From a virus (taxonomy: Duplodnaviria; Caudoviricetes): DNA of 59,518 nt. The notes beneath the pieces were generated by a model. It ran no database searches. It saw only the letters and a list, made by a program, of their open reading frames with translations, and had not been told where the DNA came from. Location of the stretch: positions 1 to 59,518 of IMG/VR virus record IMGVR_UViG_3300025122_000016; one strand, given 5' to 3'. Shown here piece by piece: positions 16,375-25,713 of the stretch (the stretch's first letter is position 1; the number at the start of each line of letters is the position of its first letter). The translations under genes and the position numbers were made by a program.

Positions 16375-16884
16375 ATGGCTGGGGCCAATGTTGCTTGGAA
16401 TTCTGCCAGTGGGTCATGGAATGCATGGGTAGGAAAGTGGGATGATGTAGGCTTTACTCCGGGCGTTGGAACACTAACGCTCACAGGGTATGCTGTTAGC
16501 GACGCTGAAGGTGTATTTAAATCTCCAGCGGTTGCCAGTTTAATATTAGGCGGATTAGTACCTAGTTCTGATGTAGTATTTAAAGATGTTCCGGGTACAG
16601 CTAGTCTAACTCTTACAGGTTTTGTCCCAGCAGTATATGATCCATCAGAAAACATACTCATAAGTCCGGGTGTTGGCGTTGTTACGATAGTCGCTAACGA
16701 CTGGGATGGTTATGTTGGAACATGGGATGCAGCTACAAGCACTTGGGATAGCATAGGGTACGAGCCTCATGCAAGTCAGACATTTAGCTTTAACATTGCT
16801 ACAGGAGTTTTAACATTGATACCACTTGCTCCATCACGAGCGGAGAAGGCACCAAAATTCTTGCCTCCGATATATATAACATGA
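16375..16884 (+). CDS. Virion protein with Trp-periodic segments and PG.G.L.LTG repeats
   Basis: WNSASGSWNAWVGKWDD and WDGYVGTWDAATSTWDS. Confidence 0.65.
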   Translation: MAGANVAWNSASGSWNAWVGKWDDVGFTPGVGTLTLTGYAVSDAEGVFKSPAVASLILGGLVPSSDVVFKDVPGTASLTLTGFVPAVYDPSENILISPGVGVVTIVANDWDGYVGTWDAATSTWDSIGYEPHASQTFSFNIATGVLTLIPLAPSRAEKAPKFLPPIYIT

Positions 16885-17027
16885 CAAAACAAACTGAATT
16901 TTCATGGGCTGAATTAGTAAAAAAAGCTGATCCTAATAGCACAGCTCCGGTACCATCTTATACTTTTAACGGTAAATCATTTTACAGCCCTCAGAAGAAG
17001 AGAAATAATGGAAGTAGAAAGAGCTGA
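16881..17027 (+). CDS. Small protein, 48 aa
   Basis: MTKQTEFSWAELV...PSYTFNGKSFY...; ATGA overlap. Confidence 0.6.
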   Translation: MTKQTEFSWAELVKKADPNSTAPVPSYTFNGKSFYSPQKKRNNGSRKS

Positions 17028-17334
17028 GCAATTTAAGTTAGGCGATCATTTAAGAGCTAAAAATGTGGCTGAGACTTTAGAAAAAAAATATCCGGGATGG
17101 CTTTGGGCTGTTCATGTAGATCACGGACTTGTTACTGTGAAGTCAATGCTGCTATCCGGCAACTGGGGATTTATTTTGCATGAGGATAAAATTGATAATG
17201 ATTATAAATCTGTCGTGAGGGCTGGTGGCGAGATACTTGAAAGATACAATCAGAACAGGGGAAGATTTAACAATACAAAGTACAATGATCTGACTATGGA
17301 TAATAAGGGGCGGTTAAGCGGAGATAGAAGTTAA
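17008..17334 (+). CDS. Phage protein preceding portal
   Basis: AKNVAETLEKKYPGWLWAV...RAGGEILERY. Confidence 0.75.
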   Translation: MEVERAEQFKLGDHLRAKNVAETLEKKYPGWLWAVHVDHGLVTVKSMLLSGNWGFILHEDKIDNDYKSVVRAGGEILERYNQNRGRFNNTKYNDLTMDNKGRLSGDRS

Positions 17335-19538
17335 TGTCACTAGTAAATCCACAGCCTTCGTTAGAGGGAGCAGGCGATATACCACCAGAAGAAGGCGGTC
17401 AGGTTGAAGACTTCTGGTTAAGAATAGCTAGGCAGTCATACGAAAGCTCATCTGAATGGGTGGATGCAAATCTAAGGTACCAGTGGGAAAAAAGTTTATC
17501 TTTATTTAATAGTAAACACCCGTCTGGTTCTAAGTATCATTCTGCTGCTTATGATAAAAGATCAAAGTTATTTAGGCCAAAGACTAGAACAGCTGTAAGG
17601 AACTTACAGGCAGCTATGGCTATAGCTTTTTTCTCCAATGAAGATGTAGTTAGTATACAGCCTAGAAACCCTAACTCTCCAGAGCAGGCTGCTGCCGCAG
17701 TAGTGGCTCAGTCATTGGTGCAATATAGATTAACAAATACTATTCCATGGTTTCAAACTATGTCTTCTGCATTGCAAGATGCTGCAGTGCAAGGGGTTTG
17801 TGTATCTCATCAGTATTGGGATTTTGAGGAGCAAGAGCAGATATACACTGAAGTCGATGAAGTAAACAACCCTATACTCGATGAAGAAGGAAGAGCTACT
17901 GAGATTAAGCAAAAAACTGCTTTGACGGATAGGCCGTCTATTGAGCTTATATCTCCTGAGAATTTCAGAATTGATCCAGCTGCTGATTGGGCAGATCCTG
18001 TTGGGTCAACTCCATACATAGTTCATTTAATACCAATGTATGTTCAAGATGTTTTGGCTAAGATGAATGATGGCGAATGGCACACTTTAACTGTTGAGCA
18101 GTTATTATCTACCACAACTGCAGAAGATGATAATACAACTAGACTTGTTAGAGATGAGCCTAGAATGGATCCTTTAGATACAGATGCTGGGTTTGGAGAA
18201 ATACAAGATCATAAGATAGTATGGATTCATAAGATAATAATAAATAAGGAAGGAAATGATTGGTGCTACTTCACAGCAGGTACTGATTATATGCTTACAG
18301 ATGCTAAGCCATTACTTGAAATGTATCCATGGCTAAGGCCGGGAGAAAGACCTTATGTAATGGGTGCGGTAAACTTAGAGGCTCATAAGCTTTATCCTTC
18401 TGGGACAGTAGAGATGACGCAGGAGTTGCAAGCAGCTGCTAACGACATATGGAATCAAAGATTCGATAATGTTCGGCTTGCAATGAATAAAAGGTATCAT
18501 ATACGAAGAGATAGAAATATAGATTTAGATGCCTTATTTAGGTCGGTGCCGGGTGGGGCTGTTGAGATGGATGACCCAGACACTGATGTAAGGGTTATAG
18601 AAACAAGAGATGTAACTGCATCCGCTTATGCAGAGCAAGATAGAATCAATATGGACTTTGATGAGTTGCAGGGCAACTTTTCTACGTCAACAGTCCAAGG
18701 AGCTAGGAATCTAAACGAAACAGTAGGCGGAATGGCATTGCTTGCTGGGAATAGCAGTACAGTAACTGAGTATGTTTTAAGAACCTTTTCGGAGACATGG
18801 GTTGAGAGAGTCCTAAAGCAATTAATAAGATTAGAGCAGTACTATGAAACAGATGAGATAGTTTTATCGGTTGCTGGAGACATGGCTGAAAGTAAGTTAG
18901 GGTTTAAAGTCGATGAGAATTTAGATAACTTATTGAGGGAAGAGGTTCTATTGAAAGTTAATGTTGGTTTGAATGCTACTAACCCGTTGACTAAGGTCCA
19001 AAACTTAATGGCGGCAATTGCTACATTGTCTAATATTCCCGGAGTTGCCGAAAGGCTTAACTTGCCTGAAATAGCAAAAGAGGTATTCGGGCAATTAGGA
19101 TTTAAGGATGGTTCAAGGTTTGTGTCTTTCGATGAAGACCCAAGACTTCAGGAGCTTATGCAACAACTTGAGCAAATGCAAGCTGTTATTGAGTCTGATC
19201 AACAGAAGATACAAGGAAGAATGCAAGTTGAGCAAATGAAGCAAGAAGCTAATCTGCAAGCTGCCTCAATGAAGTCTGCGACAGATCTAAGGATAGCGCA
19301 GATAAAAGCGCAGCTTGAGTATATAGACTTGCAGCTCAAAAAGGCTGATGTAAAAACAAGAAAGGATGAATTATTATTGCAGCGAGAGGCCCTAATAAAT
19401 CAGATAGCCGATCAAGAGATAGAGCGACAGGCTGAAATAGCAGAGAGTGCTATCAATCCTTCTGATATGACACAAGAAGGTAAAGTAGGCATCATGGCTA
19501 GAGATGATTATAATATGGTACCTTATGCTGTGGGATAG
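17334..19538 (+). CDS. Portal protein
   Basis: 734 aa; RSKLFRPKTR, FRIDP, LNETVGGM motifs; C-terminal Q/E-rich coiled-coil barrel; precedes scaffold and MCP. Confidence 0.88.
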   Translation: MSLVNPQPSLEGAGDIPPEEGGQVEDFWLRIARQSYESSSEWVDANLRYQWEKSLSLFNSKHPSGSKYHSAAYDKRSKLFRPKTRTAVRNLQAAMAIAFFSNEDVVSIQPRNPNSPEQAAAAVVAQSLVQYRLTNTIPWFQTMSSALQDAAVQGVCVSHQYWDFEEQEQIYTEVDEVNNPILDEEGRATEIKQKTALTDRPSIELISPENFRIDPAADWADPVGSTPYIVHLIPMYVQDVLAKMNDGEWHTLTVEQLLSTTTAEDDNTTRLVRDEPRMDPLDTDAGFGEIQDHKIVWIHKIIINKEGNDWCYFTAGTDYMLTDAKPLLEMYPWLRPGERPYVMGAVNLEAHKLYPSGTVEMTQELQAAANDIWNQRFDNVRLAMNKRYHIRRDRNIDLDALFRSVPGGAVEMDDPDTDVRVIETRDVTASAYAEQDRINMDFDELQGNFSTSTVQGARNLNETVGGMALLAGNSSTVTEYVLRTFSETWVERVLKQLIRLEQYYETDEIVLSVAGDMAESKLGFKVDENLDNLLREEVLLKVNVGLNATNPLTKVQNLMAAIATLSNIPGVAERLNLPEIAKEVFGQLGFKDGSRFVSFDEDPRLQELMQQLEQMQAVIESDQQKIQGRMQVEQMKQEANLQAASMKSATDLRIAQIKAQLEYIDLQLKKADVKTRKDELLLQREALINQIADQEIERQAEIAESAINPSDMTQEGKVGIMARDDYNMVPYAVG

Positions 19539-19541
19539 AAT

Positions 19542-19877
19542 ATGGAATTTTATGATCCTAATGAAATAGGTATAGATGAGTTAGTAAAAAGAGTACGAGT
19601 TGGTGAAAAAACAAAAGAGTTTATTTCTTCGGCAACTGGTAAGGCTATAGTTTCTCGTGCAGTTAGCGACTATAGATCTGGAATACATGAACTGCAAAAA
19701 ATGATAATGGATGGATGGACTGGCTCTCAAGAACAAGAGCTGTCCAAATATCGCGGAATCTCTAACAATCTCGCTACCCCTTTGAAGATGCTAAGATGGT
19801 TAGATGGTGTAATCGCGGACGGTGATAATGCGGAGACTCTTGCGAAATATAAAAGATCCAGTGATTTAGAACCATAG
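19542..19877 (+). CDS. Hypothetical head-module protein
   Basis: Lies between portal and scaffold. Confidence 0.7.
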   Translation: MEFYDPNEIGIDELVKRVRVGEKTKEFISSATGKAIVSRAVSDYRSGIHELQKMIMDGWTGSQEQELSKYRGISNNLATPLKMLRWLDGVIADGDNAETLAKYKRSSDLEP

Positions 19878-19886
19878 GAGAATAAG

Positions 19887-20879
19887 ATGTCACAAGAGGA
19901 CGCTACCCCCCAAGAGGATGCGATAGAAGATGTTGTAAGTGAAGAGGTAGTAGATAGTAAAGTTTCCAGCCCTAGAGAGCTTGCCATGCAAGCTATAATT
20001 GATAGCAGAAGGGAAGAGTTATCAGAAGAAATAGGAGAGGAGCTTGAAGCTACAGAAGAAATTACTATACCAGATGTTAGGAGTGATGATTCCCCATTAA
20101 ATTATAATGGGGAGCAATGGGTTGCTACTATAAAAGTAGATGGCCAAGAATTGAATGTACCATTTGATGACTTAAAATCATCTCACCAAAAAGATAAGGC
20201 TTCTCAAAAGAGGTTTGAAGAAGCCGCGCAACTCTCAAGGCAGTTAAAGCTTAGAGAGGAGCAATTGAATTCTTATGTTAGGCATTTACATGAGAACCAA
20301 CAAAAACAAGCACCACCTTCTGACGTGCCTGAAAACAATAATGATGCCAGTATTATAGAGCAATATCATGAAGCCTTGTATGAAGATGATTCAGAGAAGG
20401 CTGCATCGTTGCTAAAGACCTTGACAAATGGGCGCGAACATGCTACCCAGAATGTGGAAGAGGTTGTTAATCAAGCTTTGGAAAGAGCTTTTGCTAGTAG
20501 ACGAGCCGCACAGGAACGTCATGAGCAGGCAAAGTATAACATGGACTTAGATGATGCAGTTGGATGGTTCAACGAAAATCATAAGGACATTGCAGAAACG
20601 CCTGAGCTACGTGCTGTAGCAGATAATAGAACGGTTACCCTAATGCAGGAAAATCCTGAATGGACACCTAAACAAGTTATCGAAGCAGCGGCAGATTATA
20701 CTAGAAATTGGATTAGTAATTTAGCTAATCCAAAAGATGCTAGGATCACTCGCAAAAAGAATATTGTGAAACATCCTAGGGCAGTCAGTGCTGCATCTTC
20801 TTCTGGCGATCAGGATATGGAGCCTCAAACTCCATCCCAGATTATAGATGAAATGAAGAGACAGCGCGGGCAAATATAA
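19887..20879 (+). CDS. Capsid scaffolding protein
   Basis: Acidic helical protein with IKVDGQE..V...L...QK motif, basic C-terminus, directly upstream of MCP. Confidence 0.8.
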   Translation: MSQEDATPQEDAIEDVVSEEVVDSKVSSPRELAMQAIIDSRREELSEEIGEELEATEEITIPDVRSDDSPLNYNGEQWVATIKVDGQELNVPFDDLKSSHQKDKASQKRFEEAAQLSRQLKLREEQLNSYVRHLHENQQKQAPPSDVPENNNDASIIEQYHEALYEDDSEKAASLLKTLTNGREHATQNVEEVVNQALERAFASRRAAQERHEQAKYNMDLDDAVGWFNENHKDIAETPELRAVADNRTVTLMQENPEWTPKQVIEAAADYTRNWISNLANPKDARITRKKNIVKHPRAVSAASSSGDQDMEPQTPSQIIDEMKRQRGQI

Positions 20880-20897
20880 TTAACAGGAGAAGTAAAT

Positions 20898-21863
20898 ATG
20901 GCTGGACAAGTATGGTCAGTTAGCACTTCTGGTGGTTATATGTACGCCGACAACTTAAGCCGACAACTGCGTATGGCTGTTCAGCCTATCGTCAAGTTCA
21001 GGCAGTTTTGTGATGTTAAAGATGCAGCCCATCAGGGTTTGCATAGAGGCGATACATTCCACTGGAACGTGTATAGCGATGTTTCTACGCAGGGAACAAC
21101 GTTGACCGAGACCAATACTATCCCAGAAACTTCGTTCACGATTTCTCAGGGCACCATGACCATCACCGAAGCGGGTAACTCCGTTCCGTGGACTGGTAAG
21201 TTGGATGATCTATCTGAGCAACCTGTGTCAGAAGTGGTAAGGAAAGTATTAAAAACTGATGCGAAAAAAGCGTTTGACAATCTTGCTGCGACTCAATTTG
21301 ATGCTGCTGCATTGCGTGTTGTGCCGACTGGGGGTAACTCCACCACGGCTCTAACGTTAACCACGAATGGAACTGCTACGGTTAATAACAACATTGCTTT
21401 ACAGAAAGAGCATGTTAAGTTGATCGTAGATACCATGAAAGAACGTAACATTCCCGCCTATTCGGGCGATGATTATTACGCAATTGCATGGCCGTCAACG
21501 TGGAGGACGCTAAAGAATAATCTGGAAGACATCAAGCAGTATATTGATCAAGGCTTCCAAATGATTATGAATGGTGAAATTGGACGTTACGATGGTGTAC
21601 GTTTTGTTGAGCAGACCCATAAAGCGAAAGCTTCTATTGGTACTGCTTCTTCTGCGTGGACTAACGGTCTGTCTGATTGGGCTGTTTTCTTTGGCGAAGA
21701 TACGGTAGCTGAAGCAGTTGCTGTTCCTGAAGAGATTCGAGGGAAGATCCCCGGAGATTTCGGAAGGGACCGTGGCATAGCGTGGTATTATCTAGGCGGT
21801 TTCGGCATTGTTCACACACAAGCAGCCCAGTCACGAATTGTGATTTGGGATAGCGCAGCTTAG
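20898..21863 (+). CDS. Major capsid protein (HK97 fold, N4-gp56-like family)
   Basis: KFRQFCD, GEIGRYDGVRFVE, DFGRDRGIAWY; strong AGGAG RBS. Confidence 0.88.
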   Translation: MAGQVWSVSTSGGYMYADNLSRQLRMAVQPIVKFRQFCDVKDAAHQGLHRGDTFHWNVYSDVSTQGTTLTETNTIPETSFTISQGTMTITEAGNSVPWTGKLDDLSEQPVSEVVRKVLKTDAKKAFDNLAATQFDAAALRVVPTGGNSTTALTLTTNGTATVNNNIALQKEHVKLIVDTMKERNIPAYSGDDYYAIAWPSTWRTLKNNLEDIKQYIDQGFQMIMNGEIGRYDGVRFVEQTHKAKASIGTASSAWTNGLSDWAVFFGEDTVAEAVAVPEEIRGKIPGDFGRDRGIAWYYLGGFGIVHTQAAQSRIVIWDSAA

Positions 21864-21873
21864 GAGGCACATT

Positions 21874-22266
21874 ATGAGTTATTCAAATCCTATAACTACG
21901 CGAATCCAGTCCGGTGATGTTCAAGACTTGGGAGGCACACCAACTGCCTACTCATTTAAGGGACCAACGGGTAAGAAGGGTATGATTGTTGATATTGGTA
22001 TTGAGGTTACCGAGACTTTCGCTTGCGATACTTTAGAGGCATGTTTTAATGTCGGAACGAGTAGTGACCCAGATGCTTATTGTAAACTCAATATTACGGA
22101 TGGTACCGCTATAACAGATACATTCAATATCCAAAATGATACGAATGCTATTATTGCACAGGCTATTCCTGCCGATACTCAGATCGAGTGTCTCCCAGTT
22201 GCTGGGACCGACGCTTCCAGTGTGACCGGGCAAGGATATACCTATGTTGTTGTTGAATGGTATTAA
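21874..22266 (+). CDS. Capsid decoration/minor head protein
   Basis: 130-aa beta-rich protein right after MCP. Confidence 0.6.
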   Translation: MSYSNPITTRIQSGDVQDLGGTPTAYSFKGPTGKKGMIVDIGIEVTETFACDTLEACFNVGTSSDPDAYCKLNITDGTAITDTFNIQNDTNAIIAQAIPADTQIECLPVAGTDASSVTGQGYTYVVVEWY

Positions 22267-22277
22267 GGAGGATTAAG

Positions 22278-22457
22278 ATGGCAGATAAAAAGCACTCGGC
22301 TCAGGGTAAGGTTCCTGAGAATGGTATGTCTTTTTTGGAAAAGTCTACTGAAGACACCAAGCAATTGGCGTTGGATAGTCATGGACCAAATCAGATGCCC
22401 ATTGGTGTTGTGCATAAGAGCGTTTCAACGCCGAAAGGTAAGTTCGAATTCGCATAA
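22278..22457 (+). CDS. Hypothetical protein
   Basis: AGGAGG RBS before ATG 22278. Confidence 0.65.
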   Translation: MADKKHSAQGKVPENGMSFLEKSTEDTKQLALDSHGPNQMPIGVVHKSVSTPKGKFEFA

Positions 22458-22471
22458 TGTAAATTGGAGAT

Positions 22472-22489
22472 GGGGGGAGAAATCCCCCC
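22472..22489 (+). terminator. GC hairpin after the capsid genes (terminator or mRNA-stabilising stem)
   Basis: GGGGGGA-GAAA-TCCCCCC; no U-tract. Confidence 0.5.
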
Positions 22490-22506
22490 TGATCCTTGGA
22501 GGTGAT

Positions 22507-22737
22507 ATGCCTAAGAAAATGCTTGACTCTGTTACTTTTTATATGGGCGGAGCTTTACAGACGCCTGTTGAAGGGTATGGATATACAGAGCCTAAGAACA
22601 AAGGGTACACTAGCGGCAGTCAATTGTTTCCAGCTGATGGAAGAGCGATTGAGTATCGTAATGCCCAGATGAAAACCAACAATGATGTAAGGGTAAATGG
22701 TAGTATGATATATAATTCACCAGACTTTTTCTTTTAA
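22507..22737 (+). CDS. Hypothetical protein
   Basis: GGAGGTGA RBS before ATG 22507. Confidence 0.65.
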   Translation: MPKKMLDSVTFYMGGALQTPVEGYGYTEPKNKGYTSGSQLFPADGRAIEYRNAQMKTNNDVRVNGSMIYNSPDFFF

Positions 22738-22778
22738 GGTGGAGTGCATTATGAGCTGATGACAGCAGGGGAGCTGAT

Positions 22779-23873
22779 TTGAGGGTAATTAAAATTCCGA
22801 AGAAGAGTATTGAAGATTTAATCCTAGATGACTTTGGAGGAGAAAGAGAAGAAAAGACTGTTTGTATTGTGAGGTACGGGGCTTGGGGTGATATGATAAT
22901 CACATCATCTTTATTTCCGTGGTTCAAAGAAAGAGGTTATAGAGTATGTGTTAATGTTTCTGAAAGAGGCATGGACATTGTAAAGAGTGATCCTAATGTT
23001 GACGAGGTTATAATACAACAAACGGATCAGATACCAAACACTAGATTGTCTGAGTACTGGGAGCGGATGTCTAAATGCTTCGATAAGTTTGTTCAATTAT
23101 CTGAATCAATAGAGCAAACCCTCTTGTTTATGCCTAGGCACTCTGTGAAGATAGATGGCAAGAAAGCTTTTATAGAGGCTAATCCAAATTACTATAAGGA
23201 TAAGGCTTTTATACATAATTTATGTAATGTGAATTATCTGGAAAGAACACATGACCTAGCTGGAGTCCCATATGAAGACGAAAGTGGGTCTTTATTTAAG
23301 CCTAAATTCTTTCCAAGTAACTCTGAAAAGAAGTTCGCTAAAGATTTTAAGAGAAGAGTAAAAAGTAAAAATTTAGTTATGTGGGTTCTTTCTGGGTCTT
23401 CAGTGCATAAGGTTTATCCTTGGGCTGATTCTATTATTGCAAAGTTTATATCTGAGCGTGACGATATTTCTTTTGTTACTGTGGGTGACGAAGCTTGCCA
23501 AATGCTTGAGATAGGGTGGGAAAAAGAAAGGCGGGTTATTACAAAGTCCGGTAAGCTTAGTATAAGAAACACCCTTGCTTTGTTGGATGTTTGTAATGTT
23601 GTAGTAGGCCCGGAGACAGGGGTTTTAAATGCAGCATCTTTTACAGATGCACATAAGTCTATATTTTTGTCTCACTCTTCCGAGGAGAACATGACAAAAC
23701 ATTGGACAAACACCACTGCCTTTGAGCCTGATGATTGTCCTTGTTTCCCGTGCCATAAAATGCACTTTGGATTTGATACTTGCAATAGGGATTTAAGAAC
23801 AGGTGGAGCTCTTTGCGCTGCCAACATACTTCCTGAAAAAGTTTATAACGATATTGAGAGACATCTTAGATGA
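22779..23873 (+). CDS. Glycosyltransferase family 9 (heptosyltransferase-like, GT-B)
   Basis: IVRYGAWGDMI, DPNVDEVI, K.YP, GKLSIR.TLAL...VVGPETGVLNAA; C-terminal CPCFPC. Confidence 0.85.
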   Translation: MRVIKIPKKSIEDLILDDFGGEREEKTVCIVRYGAWGDMIITSSLFPWFKERGYRVCVNVSERGMDIVKSDPNVDEVIIQQTDQIPNTRLSEYWERMSKCFDKFVQLSESIEQTLLFMPRHSVKIDGKKAFIEANPNYYKDKAFIHNLCNVNYLERTHDLAGVPYEDESGSLFKPKFFPSNSEKKFAKDFKRRVKSKNLVMWVLSGSSVHKVYPWADSIIAKFISERDDISFVTVGDEACQMLEIGWEKERRVITKSGKLSIRNTLALLDVCNVVVGPETGVLNAASFTDAHKSIFLSHSSEENMTKHWTNTTAFEPDDCPCFPCHKMHFGFDTCNRDLRTGGALCAANILPEKVYNDIERHLR

Positions 23874-24565
23874 GTACTTATTTAACATTATGCCAGAACA
23901 TGGCAAGAGATATTGGAATTCCCGGAAGCGGGCCGTCTAGTGTTTCATCTACATCATTAAGCGAGGAAGAGAATTCTGTTGTTCGGTATGTTAAAGAAGC
24001 GGATCTTGATATTCAACGAAGGTGGTTCGATTGGAATTTCTTATGGAAAGAAGTTACTATGACATCTTCTTCTGGTACATCTACTCTAACATCCCCCTCT
24101 GATCTTGCAAGCTGGAATATAGATAAGATTATATGGGATCTTACTAGTGATGATAATCAGCAATTAGAGTATATGGAGTGGGGCGAGTACTTTGATATGT
24201 ACAAGATAGGTACTGTAGACAGTAGCGTCCCAGAGGTTTTTTCTGTAAAACCTGATAATGTATTAGACTTATATCCAACGCCAAACTCCAATACATCTGT
24301 GTATGGGCAGTATTGGAAAGTACCTACAGAATTGTCTACTGATGCTCAAGTATCTGAAATACCCCCAAGATTCCATAAGATAATAGTAGCAAGGGCTAAG
24401 ATGTATTACGCTGAAAATGAAGATGCTCCTGAAATCCTTGCTGGATCATTAGTTGAGTTTGAAGATCTTTTAGATAAACTTGAGGCTGATCAATTGCCAT
24501 CTCAAAAGAACAGGAGATTTTCTAAAGCGCAAGATCTTTTTAATTTTACGGTTGTTCCTGAATGA
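23870..24565 (+). CDS. Head-tail adaptor (tail tubular protein A-like)
   Basis: MSTYLTLCQ, W.FL, LYPTP, IPPRFH.IIV motifs. Confidence 0.75.
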   Translation: MSTYLTLCQNMARDIGIPGSGPSSVSSTSLSEEENSVVRYVKEADLDIQRRWFDWNFLWKEVTMTSSSGTSTLTSPSDLASWNIDKIIWDLTSDDNQQLEYMEWGEYFDMYKIGTVDSSVPEVFSVKPDNVLDLYPTPNSNTSVYGQYWKVPTELSTDAQVSEIPPRFHKIIVARAKMYYAENEDAPEILAGSLVEFEDLLDKLEADQLPSQKNRRFSKAQDLFNFTVVPE

Positions 24566-25098
24566 CTCGACTAAGAAATAGGAGGATATCTTCTAGCAAC
24601 TTAACTTCTGTATACTTCCCGTTTGAAGGTGGGTTGAATATAGTTGATCCGGTAATGTCATTAAAGCCCGGAGAGTTGGTTGCAGCTAATAACTTTGAGG
24701 TTGATTTAAGGGGAAGATACAAGAGGACTGATGGCTACGAAAGATTTGATGGGCAGACATTACCATCAGCAATAGAACCGTATTACAGAATTCCATTCAC
24801 TACTGGTAGTGTTACATACCCAACATTTTCTAGCGCTTACGGAACTGCATTTTTTCGTAACGCACCCTCTTCTGGTGATATGGTAAAGGGAGAGACAACA
24901 GGAGCAACAGGAACTGTACTTGTTGTAAGTGTAGAGGATATAACTGGGGATGCCAATGCTGGGACTTTTCCCACAGATGATGCAGAAGGTTATGTATATT
25001 TTGTTGTGACAAGTGGGACTTTCCAAGACGGAGAGAAATTATATTTTTTAAACAAAGACAGCGCCTATGGAGGCGACTTCGATGTGGAGTTTACATAA
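24562..25098 (+). CDS. Tail nozzle/stabilisation protein, N-terminal part
   Basis: FPFEGGLN..DP...KPGE...A.NFE...G.Y.R..GYERFDG start typical of podoviral nozzle proteins. Confidence 0.65.
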   Translation: MTRLRNRRISSSNLTSVYFPFEGGLNIVDPVMSLKPGELVAANNFEVDLRGRYKRTDGYERFDGQTLPSAIEPYYRIPFTTGSVTYPTFSSAYGTAFFRNAPSSGDMVKGETTGATGTVLVVSVEDITGDANAGTFPTDDAEGYVYFVVTSGTFQDGEKLYFLNKDSAYGGDFDVEFT

Positions 25099-25713
25099 AT
25101 GGGAACACCAACAGTACTAAGAAAAGAAAGGTCAGTTTTAACCGGCACTAGCTTTGCAGATAACACTACTGGTGCTATTACTGCTCAGATGGTTAGGCAA
25201 TTTGTTGAATCTGGAATGGGGGGATATGCAACTATATATTCGCCAGCAGGGACACCAGCTAGTCAAGCGGTAGCATCAGGAGCAACAGCAACTATAGATT
25301 GGAATGCTGATTCAGTCGGGGCTAATGGGCCTGACGACACAGCTACTGTCGCTGCTACACTTGTAGGAAGTGATGCTGATTTCGCTAATGACAGAATCAG
25401 GGTGTATGATAAAGGATTTTTTATGGTCAATCTGGGTGTAAGTTTTGCTCAGACTGGAACGGATACTGTTATATGGACATTCAGAATTGCTACTCAGGAT
25501 ACTGGCGGTAGTGTTGTTTATCCCGGTTATGATGCTGCAGTTCAAAAGGTGGCGGCTACGTTAGATAACATGGCATCCGCTTCTGGAATAATTGATACTA
25601 CTGGTCATACTACATATACAGATATTCTTGCTCAAGTCAAGAACGGTCATGGTAGTAATTCAGAAAACTTTCAAATGCATTATGGTCAACTGTCAGTATT
25701 TAGGGTTGGATAA
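25099..25713 (+). CDS. Short fibre/appendage protein inserted in the nozzle locus
   Basis: FADNTTGAITAQMVR anchor helix plus C1q/TNF-like beta head. Confidence 0.65.
   Translation: MGTPTVLRKERSVLTGTSFADNTTGAITAQMVRQFVESGMGGYATIYSPAGTPASQAVASGATATIDWNADSVGANGPDDTATVAATLVGSDADFANDRIRVYDKGFFMVNLGVSFAQTGTDTVIWTFRIATQDTGGSVVYPGYDAAVQKVAATLDNMASASGIIDTTGHTTYTDILAQVKNGHGSNSENFQMHYGQLSVFRVG

Noticed and set aside
22750-22780. CTGATGA followed by a CAGC/GCTG stem (hammerhead-like)
   Set aside because: The required GAAA after stem II and stems I/III are missing.
25096-25101. Alternative genetic code suggested by in-frame TAA between adjacent ORFs
   Set aside because: All conserved enzymes are intact under code 11 and TAA is the dominant true stop genome-wide.
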